Shown here piece by piece: positions 8,925 through 18,100 of a DNA stretch of 64,000 bases (positions are counted from its first letter, which is position 1; each line of letters starts with the position of its first letter). The position numbers were made by a program, and so were the translations under genes. This DNA is from Faecousia sp. (lineage in GTDB: Bacteria > Bacillota > Clostridia > Oscillospirales > Oscillospiraceae), in assembly GCA_045650665.1 (NCBI GenBank), contig JAZRRL010000019.1, positions 8,454-72,453 on the forward strand, given 5' to 3'. Under the pieces are notes generated by a model. The model saw only the letters and a program-made list of their open reading frames with translations. It was not told where the DNA came from and ran no database searches.

Positions 8925-9338
8925 ATGGTTCTCAAAGAATTTCGCATCACCCATAGCACACTGATCGAGCATTATCAGTTTATCGAAGCGCATCTTGAGG
9001 GTATTTATGCCGCTATTTCCGGCAAGCCTTTTGGGGATGGGATAAAAGATGTAGAGAAAAACAGCATCAGCGGTGTTATCAGAGAGATCAGAGATATTGA
9101 AAAAGAGAAGAGAATGCAGGTCTTTTCGGAGAATGAGTACACACAGCTGCGACAAATCATCGAAAGGCGGAACTTTTGGTGTCACTGCTGTTATTTTGAA
9201 ATGTCCTTTGATCTGAAAACCGGCGGTCCTGCCAGAGTCAGAGATGTTCAGACGCTTTTTGAGGACCTTAAAACAGCCGAGCATTGGCGAGAACAACTGT
9301 TTCACAAGAAAATTGATTTACTGGAACAAAAACGGTAA
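8925..9338 (+). CDS. Hypothetical protein with HEPN-like RxxxxH motif (cassette 4 cargo)
   Basis: 137 aa, predicted helical; RNFWCH at 9168-9185; TTGCAA(8868)-17-TATAAT(8891) promoter and AGGAGG RBS. Confidence 0.6.
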   Translation: MVLKEFRITHSTLIEHYQFIEAHLEGIYAAISGKPFGDGIKDVEKNSISGVIREIRDIEKEKRMQVFSENEYTQLRQIIERRNFWCHCCYFEMSFDLKTGGPARVRDVQTLFEDLKTAEHWREQLFHKKIDLLEQKR

Positions 9339-9343
9339 CTCTA

Positions 9344-9447
9344 TTTCCCTCTTTTGCGGTCTGTCGCCCAGGCTGCAATTAAAGAATCCAAGTAATTAGA
9401 TTTATAATGCAAACCAACTCCTCTCGGAGCAATCCGAGGGGAGTTTT
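9344..9447 (+). repeat. att-like repeat R4 with tail AQAAIKESK* and terminator
   Basis: tttccctcttttgc ggtctgtcg cccaggctgc aattaaagaatccaagtaa ... ctcggagcaatccgag. Confidence 0.95.
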
Positions 9448-9501
9448 GTATCGTTGCAAACGACTTTATAAAATGTTATAATTACAAAAAGAGGTGATTA
9501 C

Positions 9502-10194
9502 ATGGATGTATTCGATTTTTCAAAAAAGGCCGTGCTTTGGGATCTGGACGATACCCTTTACAGCCGCAGGGAAGCTGCTCGCAAAATGTTCCCCGGTATG
9601 TTCCGTCAGTGCCTTTATACGGATCGAAGCGACGCCTTTCTCAACGAAGCTGCCGCATTCATGATGACCAAGGTCAAGCGCAACAGCATGACCCACGAAG
9701 ATGCATTCCGTGCCCTTTTGAAACGTTACCCTTCAGACAAGCCCTATGTCCGGTCTGAATGTCTTGCATATTATTACGCCCATATCCGTGATTTTGCAGT
9801 TCCCTTTCCCGAAACAATCGAGATCATTCAAAAGCTAAAGGCGCATGGTCTGAAAATGGCCATCGTCACCAATATCACCCCTGAACTGCTGGAGCATCAG
9901 AAGAAAAAAGTTCAAGCGCTGGGAATTGCGACTTTGTTTGATGCCATTGTTTTTTCCGCAGAGCTGGGTGTCCATAAGCCTGACAGACGTATTTTTGACC
10001 ATACTGCCTCTCTTTTAGGTGTTCCCAACGAAGATTGTCTGTTCGTGGGAGATGACCCTGAATCGGACGTTGCCGGTGCTTTGGCTGCCGGTATGGAAGC
10101 TGTTTGGCTGGATCATTGGAATTCTGACAATATTTTTTACAACACTCCCCTCGTACATCAGGTGCATTCTGCGTCAGAATATTTCGTGCTGTAA
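9502..10194 (+). CDS. HAD-IA family hydrolase
   Basis: WDLDDTL motif I, VTN, KP and GDDPESD motifs; TTGCAA(9454)-17-TATAAT(9477) promoter. Confidence 0.92.
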   Translation: MDVFDFSKKAVLWDLDDTLYSRREAARKMFPGMFRQCLYTDRSDAFLNEAAAFMMTKVKRNSMTHEDAFRALLKRYPSDKPYVRSECLAYYYAHIRDFAVPFPETIEIIQKLKAHGLKMAIVTNITPELLEHQKKKVQALGIATLFDAIVFSAELGVHKPDRRIFDHTASLLGVPNEDCLFVGDDPESDVAGALAAGMEAVWLDHWNSDNIFYNTPLVHQVHSASEYFVL

Positions 10195-10229
10195 TATGCA
10201 GCAATTTTAGGATGATCGGAGGATTTTCC

Positions 10230-11093
10230 ATGAAGATTTCAACAGAAATCGCCTCGGCAGCGCGCATTGTTGGCATGAAGAAAGCTGTAGAGCTTTACGC
10301 AAAAGCAGGTTTTGACGCCTGGGATTTTTCCATGCTTGATATGTGCCGAATCGATTGGAATACAATGCTGCCTATGCCCACCAACAGTCCCCTCAGCGGC
10401 AAGGATTATCTTGCCTTTGCCCGGGAATTGAAGAATATTGGTCTTGACAACGGAATCGTGTGCAACCAGTCCCACGCACCTTTCCCCGTAGAGGTAAAAG
10501 CCGTCCGCAGTTATTTAAAACGCGCCATCGAATGCACCGCAGAGGCAGGCGGCAAAATTTGCATTATTCATCCTGACAATGGCAAAACCGCTGAGGAAAA
10601 TGCCGAAATGTATCATGAGCTTTTGCCTTTTGCGAAAGCATGCGGTGTTAAGATCGCAACGGAAAACATGTGGAATTGGAACGATGAGAAAAACGAGTCC
10701 TGCTTTGCTGCTTGTGCAACCGCAGAGGATTTCAAAAAACATCTTGATGTAATCCATGATGACCATTTTGTTGCTTGTCTTGATTTGGGGCATGCGGAAA
10801 TGCGGGGCTCCGGCAACGGTGCTGTGTATATGATAAAAACCCTGGGTCATCATCTGCAAGCATTGCATATTCACGACAATGACCGCTGGCATGACAGCCA
10901 TCAAATCCCCTTTTCTATGGATATCGATTTTGATTCCATCGTAAAAGCCCTCAAGGAAGTGGGTTACAGCGGATATTTTACATTGGAAGCAAATCAATTC
11001 CTTACAAATTATCACGAAAGCAACGTCTTTGAAGGCATGGTAGCACTCCGGAAAAGCGCACGAAAGCTTGCTGATCAATTTGAACAGCTGTAA
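10230..11093 (+). CDS. Sugar phosphate isomerase/epimerase (xylose isomerase-like TIM barrel)
   Basis: ATEN, DLGH, HIHDN, TLE metal-binding motifs; GGAGG RBS before ATG 10230. Confidence 0.88.
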   Translation: MKISTEIASAARIVGMKKAVELYAKAGFDAWDFSMLDMCRIDWNTMLPMPTNSPLSGKDYLAFARELKNIGLDNGIVCNQSHAPFPVEVKAVRSYLKRAIECTAEAGGKICIIHPDNGKTAEENAEMYHELLPFAKACGVKIATENMWNWNDEKNESCFAACATAEDFKKHLDVIHDDHFVACLDLGHAEMRGSGNGAVYMIKTLGHHLQALHIHDNDRWHDSHQIPFSMDIDFDSIVKALKEVGYSGYFTLEANQFLTNYHESNVFEGMVALRKSARKLADQFEQL

Positions 11094-11140
11094 TCTTAGG
11101 AAGGCGCATTGTTCCCGCTTGCTTCGTATTAAGAAATAAC

Positions 11141-11169
11141 AAACCCTTCGGATTTCTCCGAGGGGTTTT
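11141..11169. terminator. Bidirectional terminator
   Basis: aaacccttcgga-tttc-tccgaggggtttt. Confidence 0.75.
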
Positions 11170-11171
11170 CT

Positions 11172-12167
11172 TTACTTAGAACCAAATAGGTGCGCCACAT
11201 AGAACATGGGAAGGATCTCATCGTGCATCCGGTAGGTAATGCCGATGCCGCATTCCTTAAAATCTGCACTGATCATGGAGGCGTAGTGTCCGGGACTATT
11301 CTTGAAGCAATAGAATATCCAGGCAGATGCCGCCTGAATTTGCGCATCCGAACCGACCCACTTATCTGCGCTGGTATAAGTTCCGTCCCCCACATGGGAG
11401 GTTATACACAAATTCTCTCCCAATGTGTAGTAAGGATAATCCTGAGAATCAACAACTGTACTGAAGGGTTGTCCATCAGGTCTTGTATGAGAAAAGAGGG
11501 TTGTGATTTCCACGCTTCTGATCTGCCCACAGCTATCCAGATAGGCATTGGCTGTCAGGGAATGCACGCCCAATCTGTTTCGTTCCAAATTCACCAGCTC
11601 AAAAAAGCCTTCCTTGATCTTTTCCAGTTGCTCCTGGGTGACGGTTGCCGCGCTGGGTTCACTGGGCGGCAGGACCGGGATTGGCTTATTCTCTGTGGTT
11701 TTGCAGGTTTGGCATTTTCTTTGTAAATTTCCCTCTGCAGTGGTTGTGGGTGCTTTTGTAGTCGTCCACTCACTCCAGCTATGGCCGGTGGCAGAAATCG
11801 TTTCTGTATAGGAATCTCCACAAGCGCAGGCGTAGGTTTTGACGCCATCTGCAGTGCAGGTTGCCGCTTTTGTAACATTGCCGCTATAGTTATGGGTATG
11901 CGCCGGCTCAGTTGGCTTTGTCCCTTCAGTAGGAACGGTGGTTTCCGGGGGCTTTGTTCCCTCTGCAGGCGGTTGTGTTTGAGCCGGTGGCGCAGAGGTT
12001 TCCGTCGGAGGGATACTGATTTGACTTTCGGTGGTGCCGGTGCTGCCCGGCTGTGATTGCGATAAGCCGGACGATGTTTGCCCGGCATTGTCCATTGCCG
12101 GTTTCACGCAGGCAGCAAATGAAAGCGATAAGCTGATTGCCAGCAATATCGCAAGATATTTTTTCAT
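11172..12167 (-). CDS. Lipoprotein with Pro/Thr linker and C-terminal CAP (SCP-like) domain
   Basis: Lipobox LSFAAC; VNLERNRLG, FSHTRPDG, GENL, SPGHYASM CAP motifs. Confidence 0.85.
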   Translation of the reverse strand: MKKYLAILLAISLSLSFAACVKPAMDNAGQTSSGLSQSQPGSTGTTESQISIPPTETSAPPAQTQPPAEGTKPPETTVPTEGTKPTEPAHTHNYSGNVTKAATCTADGVKTYACACGDSYTETISATGHSWSEWTTTKAPTTTAEGNLQRKCQTCKTTENKPIPVLPPSEPSAATVTQEQLEKIKEGFFELVNLERNRLGVHSLTANAYLDSCGQIRSVEITTLFSHTRPDGQPFSTVVDSQDYPYYTLGENLCITSHVGDGTYTSADKWVGSDAQIQAASAWIFYCFKNSPGHYASMISADFKECGIGITYRMHDEILPMFYVAHLFGSK

Positions 12168-12324
12168 ATGGATCACCTCTTTGCTGATTATAGCATTTCT
12201 TCGCCGAAAAAGCAATTTTCCCGCCAAAACCTCTTTTTACCAAATGGGGGTGGCTTTTTTTGTCGAAAGGTGTTATACTTAGTTCAAATATACCCATTCC
12301 CCCACGAGAGAAGGTGCGGTTACT

Positions 12325-13560
12325 ATGAAAGAACATAAGCGAAATAAATGCAAAAAGAGTGTTAATAAGGTACAAGATGTAAACAGCACCCTGCTGGCTG
12401 TGGTCTATAGTGCCGTCAGATTTTATTATTCTCTTTGCGGTATCCGGGTGAAAGCCGTTAACAGAATCGGCAAGCTCCAGAAACCGTCCATCATACTGTG
12501 CAATCACGGTTCTTTTGTAGACTTTATCTACGCTGCAGCCCTGCTCAAAAAATACAAGCCGCACTTCATCATCGCACGGCTTTACTTTTACGACAAACGC
12601 CTGCGGTGGCTGTTGAAAACCATGGGCGGCTTCCCCAAGAGTATGTTCGCCTTGGATACGGAAAGCACAAAAAACTGTCTGACAGTTTTGCGCTCCAACG
12701 GCATTCTGGCTATGATGCCCGAAGCACGTCTTTCCACTACAGGCCGGTTTGAGGACATTCAGAGCAACACCTATTCCTTTATCAAAAAAGCAGGTGTCAA
12801 TGTATACACGGTCAAGTTCAACGGAGATTATTTTGCCGATCCTAAGTGGGGCAAGGGTTTCCGTCGCGGTGCAGTGGTTGAGGCGGAGCTGGATATTTTG
12901 TACACCACTGAGCAGGTGAAAGAGCTTTCTGTGGAGCAGCTGAAGCAGGGCATTGAACAACGTCTTGACTATGACGAATTCCGTTGGCTGGAGAAACGCC
13001 CCAAGCTTCGTTATCGATGCCGTCGCATGGCCGAGGGTTTGGAAAATATCCTGACCACCTGCCCCATTTGCAAGCAAAAGCATACTATTATCACCCAGAA
13101 AAACAAGGTTTTCTGTGAACACTGCGGTCATCTCACCGATTTGGATGAACGGTATCATTTTACCGGTGATTTCCAATTTAAAAATCTTGCCCAGTGGTAT
13201 GATTGGCAAAAAGCGCTTTTGGAAAAAGAAATTCTGGAAAATGAAAATTATACGCTGTCCTCCGAGGTGGAACTGCGGCTGCCCAGCAATGGCAAGGGGC
13301 TGACCCGTCACGGTGGTCACGGCGTATGCACCTTGAGCCGGGAGGGCCTTGTTTACACCGGCACTAAGGATGGGGCAGATATACAACTGCATTTCCCCAT
13401 TGCGCAGATTTACAGATTGCTTTTCGGCGCAGGCGAAAACTTTGAAATATACAATGGTACGGAAATTTTGTATTTTGTCCCCACTGAAAAGCGTTCGGCT
13501 GTGGATTGGTATATGGCGTCCATGATCTTGCACGACCGCTCTGCCCAGCCCAACGCATAA
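12325..13560 (+). CDS. Lysophospholipid acyltransferase family protein (PlsC-like) with zinc ribbon
   Basis: NHGSFVD (HX4D) motif, MPEA, CPIC...CEHC. Confidence 0.82.
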   Translation: MKEHKRNKCKKSVNKVQDVNSTLLAVVYSAVRFYYSLCGIRVKAVNRIGKLQKPSIILCNHGSFVDFIYAAALLKKYKPHFIIARLYFYDKRLRWLLKTMGGFPKSMFALDTESTKNCLTVLRSNGILAMMPEARLSTTGRFEDIQSNTYSFIKKAGVNVYTVKFNGDYFADPKWGKGFRRGAVVEAELDILYTTEQVKELSVEQLKQGIEQRLDYDEFRWLEKRPKLRYRCRRMAEGLENILTTCPICKQKHTIITQKNKVFCEHCGHLTDLDERYHFTGDFQFKNLAQWYDWQKALLEKEILENENYTLSSEVELRLPSNGKGLTRHGGHGVCTLSREGLVYTGTKDGADIQLHFPIAQIYRLLFGAGENFEIYNGTEILYFVPTEKRSAVDWYMASMILHDRSAQPNA

Positions 13561-13572
13561 GGAGGAATTGTT

Positions 13573-15021
13573 ATCCTTACGAAAGAAAAAACCGCCAAAG
13601 AAAAAGAGCAGGCATATTCCAATATCAGTATCCGTTCCTTTGTGACGGTCGCTGCGATCCTGCTGGCGATGCTTGTATTTTGCGGCTCCCTCTCTTACTA
13701 CATTCCTCAGGGTGCATTTGAGCGGGATGCCAGCGGCAACATTCTTCCCGATACATATACCGCAGGTCAGGTTGAAGGCATTGCGCCTTGGCGGGTATTT
13801 ACCGCACCTGTGCGGGTATTTGCCTCGGAAGATGCCATCACCATTATTATGATCAGCGTCTTCCTGCTGGTCATGAGTGGCGTATTTAATCTTCTGGACA
13901 AAACCGGGGGCATCAAGGTCTTCATCGTGCATATTATGCGCAAGCTTCGGGACCGTGGCGGTCCGGTGGTGTGCATTACAGTGCTGATCTTCATGCTGTT
14001 CGGCAGTCTGTTCGGCATGTTTGAAGAGTTGGTGACCCTGCTGCCGCTGATCATTGTATTTATGCTGTCCATGAAGCTGGATACCATGATCGGTCTGGGC
14101 GCATGTCTGATGGCAGCCTGCTTTGGCTTCTCCACTGCGATTACCAATCCCTTCTCCGTAGGCACAGCAGCACAGCTGGCAGGGATCCACGCATCCTCCG
14201 GTGCATGGCTGCGAATCGTATTCTTTGGAATCGTATATCTTTGTCTGTGTCTGTTTTTGATGGGATATCTGAAGAAAATAAGCCAGGATCCCAAGTCCTC
14301 CCTGACTTATGAAGCTGACCTGAAAAAGCGGGAAAGTCTTATTGCAGAGCCTGACGCACTTCCCCAGGATCAGGAACGGATCTTCCGGGCATACAGCACC
14401 TTCTTCGCTATTCAGGGTGTACTGCTGGTGGCTATTGCCTGCATTCGCCAGATCTCCGGCTTTGCCATTCCTCTGCTGGCGGCAAGCTTTTTGATCTCCG
14501 GACTCATCTCCGGTCAGGTGGTTTGCAGAAATTTCAAACAGGTACTCAGCTATTTTCTCAAAGGTGCGGCAGCTATGCTGCCTGCTGTGGTAATGATCGC
14601 CCTTGCCTCCTCCATCAAGCTGGTTATGGACGAGAGTAACATCATCGACACGGTGATGTATTCTGTTCTGCGGCTGCTTGTGGGCAGAGGAAAATTTATC
14701 ACAATCCTGCTGATCTATGGCCTGATCTTGTTCTTACAGCTGTTCATCGGCTCGGCTTCAGCAAAGATCTTTCTGGTCATGCCCATAGTCCTGCCCATCA
14801 CCAATGCTTTGGGCATTTCTCCCACTCTTGTAATTTTGACCTACTGCATGGCAGATGGCTTTACTGATGTGATTCTGCCCACCAATCCGGTGCTGCTGAT
14901 TGGTCTGTCCATGGCCAATGTTTCTTACTGGAAATGGCTCAAGTGGACCTGGAAATTGCAGCTTTTGCTTTTCAGCATATCCGTTTTGGTGCTGTTTTTC
15001 GGCGTTATGATCGGCTATTAA
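13573..15021 (+). CDS. YfcC/DcuC-like membrane transporter (start uncertain; ORF track start 13642)
   Basis: About 12 TM segments, GFSTAITNPFSVGTAAQLAG, DGFTDVILPTN typical of YfcC family. Confidence 0.8.
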   Translation: MLTKEKTAKEKEQAYSNISIRSFVTVAAILLAMLVFCGSLSYYIPQGAFERDASGNILPDTYTAGQVEGIAPWRVFTAPVRVFASEDAITIIMISVFLLVMSGVFNLLDKTGGIKVFIVHIMRKLRDRGGPVVCITVLIFMLFGSLFGMFEELVTLLPLIIVFMLSMKLDTMIGLGACLMAACFGFSTAITNPFSVGTAAQLAGIHASSGAWLRIVFFGIVYLCLCLFLMGYLKKISQDPKSSLTYEADLKKRESLIAEPDALPQDQERIFRAYSTFFAIQGVLLVAIACIRQISGFAIPLLAASFLISGLISGQVVCRNFKQVLSYFLKGAAAMLPAVVMIALASSIKLVMDESNIIDTVMYSVLRLLVGRGKFITILLIYGLILFLQLFIGSASAKIFLVMPIVLPITNALGISPTLVILTYCMADGFTDVILPTNPVLLIGLSMANVSYWKWLKWTWKLQLLLFSISVLVLFFGVMIGY

Positions 15022-15030
15022 ACGAAATAT

Positions 15031-15063
15031 AAAAATCCGCCTGTATTTTTCAGGCGGATTTTT
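15031..15063 (+). terminator. Terminator
   Basis: aaaaatccgcctg...caggcggattttt. Confidence 0.8.
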
Positions 15064-15156
15064 GTCTTCTATGGGTAATATTTCCTTGATTTTATTGTAA
15101 TAAGTGGTACAATGAAAGCAGGTATTGCAAAATATTGTCAGATAGGAGCGTGCAAT

Positions 15157-18100
15157 ATGCGTATTTGGTTTCAAATTGCGTTGGGCTTAATCCCGGCTAT
15201 CATCATTTTTTTGAGCCTGACACTTTCAGGACTTAAAAAGAAAGGTAAGGACTGGCTTGTCCATGTAATTGCGCTGTCAGCTTGCACCGTCGCAGCGGTA
15301 TCGCTGTGCGTTGTGGGTGCTACTGTTCCTAAAGCCAAGCAGGGCTTGACTTCCGAAAAGCAGACAGAGCTAAACCTGGAACTTGCCTATGCAGTTGCCA
15401 GTGTCGGAGATTTTGAACTGGCGGATGGGATCATTGATTCCATGCGTGCCTCCGGCGCAGAGTCGTCTATGGTGGCAGAATGTCAAGCACTGCTCTATGC
15501 CGCAAAAGGCGATGCCGTATCCGCCAAGGCGCTGCTGGTCAAAGCCAACATGCTGGAAGCTGTAGATGATTACGATTCCCTAATCACATTGTGTGACGAG
15601 GCGATTGCAGAAGATGCCGTAGCCATGGGCAGCGAGAACTCCGGCAAGCGTGGCGCACTGATGAGCGTTGCAGCTGATAAGATCAGCAAGAAATTTAAAA
15701 AGAGCAAGGTGCAGGACGTAGCGCAGGCACTGGTAGATGCAGAGGCTGTCTATCAGGAATTTCTGCTGAATGACAATCTGGATACTGCCAAGGCTGCTGA
15801 TCTGGCCAATACCATTGAGACGGCCTGCAAGAAAAATTCTGCACTCAGACAGATCAAAGAGGTCCGTCTTTGCAGGCTTAAGCTGTTGGTGCTATCTGAG
15901 GACTACAGCGCTATTGCGCAGGAAATCAGCACAAATGCTTCCTTTGACGAGCTTGCCATTGTTGCAGAGCTGTATGTCAATAATGTTGTGACCAATAAGG
16001 ACTTTGCGCCGCAATATGGTAAAGACTACATCACCATTGCGCAAACGGTGAACAAGCAACTGCGGAACATTGAAGATAAGGTTCTGGACGAGTCCCCTGA
16101 AAAGAAGCAGGAGTTGAGAAATCTAATCGACAGATTGGATATTTCCCAGAAGAGTCCCGCCATCAGCCGTTTGAAGGCCGAACTGCGTGCCCATGCGGAT
16201 AATGTGCAATCCGCAGACCGTCCCAAGGCATATATGCAGTTGGCCCGTATGGAATACACTGACGGAAACGACAAGGAAGCTTCCCAGCATATCAGTGCTG
16301 CGCTGAACACAGTCGGTATGTCCGATGACGAACGTTTCTCCACACCCATGATGGAGATCGTCGATTCCATCACTGATAAAGAGAATCTGGAGAAGGTAAA
16401 GAACATTGCTCAGTACGCAGAAGATGTTACGAAGAACTCTTCTGACTATATCGTGGTAAAATCCATTGAAAAGGCTCAGCAAAATGCGATCAATGGCGGT
16501 GGAAATGCAGGTAATGCGGCCGATGGCAGCAACACCGAAGACAAGCGAAATCCCTTTGAGGTGTTCTTTGCAGATGAGGCCAGCCAAAAGCGTAATGCCT
16601 TCAGCATCACCAGTGTAGATGCCAGCAAGTTTGAAACAGTAAAGCTTGTTGTCAACGTAGATCCCTCCATTTCCATCACAGCAGAAGAACTGCAGAAGCT
16701 CATTGCTATCAAAGACTGTGGCGTAAACATTGAAAACTTCACGGTGGAGAAGGTCACCTACTCCGGCGCAAACATCGTGCTGTGCTGTGACACCTCCGGC
16801 AGTATGAGCGGTCAGCCCATTGAGGATCTGCGCAATGCTGTGAAGCAGTTTGTGCAAAGCTCCTCGGATATTGAAAACATCGCACTGGTTGCCTTCGACA
16901 GCGGCACCGGCCCCGTGTATCAATTCAGTGCAGGCAAGGAGACCATCATCTCTGCAGCCGACTCTCTGTACGCCAACGGCGGCACCAATATGTACGGTGC
17001 TGTTCTGGAATCCATCCAGATGTTCACCTACAACGAGAACACTCTGAACTTCATTTTGCTGATGTCCGACGGTGAGGACGGTGTTTCTCCCACCATGGAA
17101 CAGATCGAAAACAATGTCGGTGCAGCATGTAAGGAAAAGGGCATCACTCTGTTTTCCCTTGGCCTGAGTTCCGGTGTAAATGTGGATTACATGAACACCT
17201 TTGCAACCACTACCGGTGGTTATTTCGTATACATCAATGACTCTGCCACAATGAATGATTTTTATGCCAAGCTTCGCGGCCAGATCCTGAACCGGTATAT
17301 CATCACCTATGAGGCAAAGGACACCCTCAGAGCATCCCGCAATGTGACGGTTTCTCTGAAGGACAGCATCAACGACAATATCGTTTCCGACACCAAGCAG
17401 TACAACATGTACGGCAGCGATGTAGACACCTCTACTGATAGCCATGCATCCAGCGTCATTCAGCTGGAGGGTCTGTCTGTCAGCGGTCTGGACACCCGTC
17501 GTGTCTACACCAACAGCAACGCTATCACCGTTGATTTGCTGGGTACAAAGTTTACCAGCAAAATGGTGTTTGATATCAAGCTGGACGGCAAGCTGAACTA
17601 TGAGGGTCTGGCATACGAATTTATTGACGAAGGCACCATTCGCCTGACGCTGCCTGGCGGTATGGCTTGTGATACATACGATCTGGTGGTGAATGTGGAT
17701 GGCAAGGTCGCCATTCTCCCAAATGAACTGACGGTTTCCTCCAAGGAAAAGGAGCGAACCACTACCTTCGGTAATTACATCTTCACCTCCGACAATCGCA
17801 TTGATACCGAGAACGGTGTCGTTCTGTCCGGCTATGTTACCATGAATGGCTGGTTGCACTTCAATGGCGATGTTACCATCACCGGCGACCTGAACGGCTA
17901 TTCTATCCGGGTTACGGACACCGCAGGCTCCTACATCAAATACTACAAAGATTCTGCCTCCGGTTTGGCCAAATCTCTGGCAAATAACAATATTACTATT
18001 CCCATCGGGCCCCTGGGTTCCTTTAATATCTACAATGACACCTATTCCCAGGGTGATTCCCCCACCCACCGGGTTGATACCGTGGTCATTCCTGTTGCAT

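Larger units (their letters stand above)
6635..9447 (+). mobile_element. Putative cassette array at the ppdK 3' end (four cassettes delimited by att-like repeats, no recombinase in window)
   Basis: Core cccaggctgc (cacaggctgc at 7638) at 6635, 7041, 7638, 8780 and 9367; each downstream copy is preceded by tttccctcttttgc plus 9 bp and followed by ppdK terminal codons. Confidence 0.7.

Noticed and set aside
6635-9447. Repeats read as a CRISPR array
   Set aside because: Intervals are 406-1142 bp and contain whole genes, repeats derive from the ppdK coding end, and no cas genes are present.
7018-9447. IS or MITE ends
   Set aside because: Repeats are direct rather than terminal inverted, with no transposase and no short target duplication pattern.
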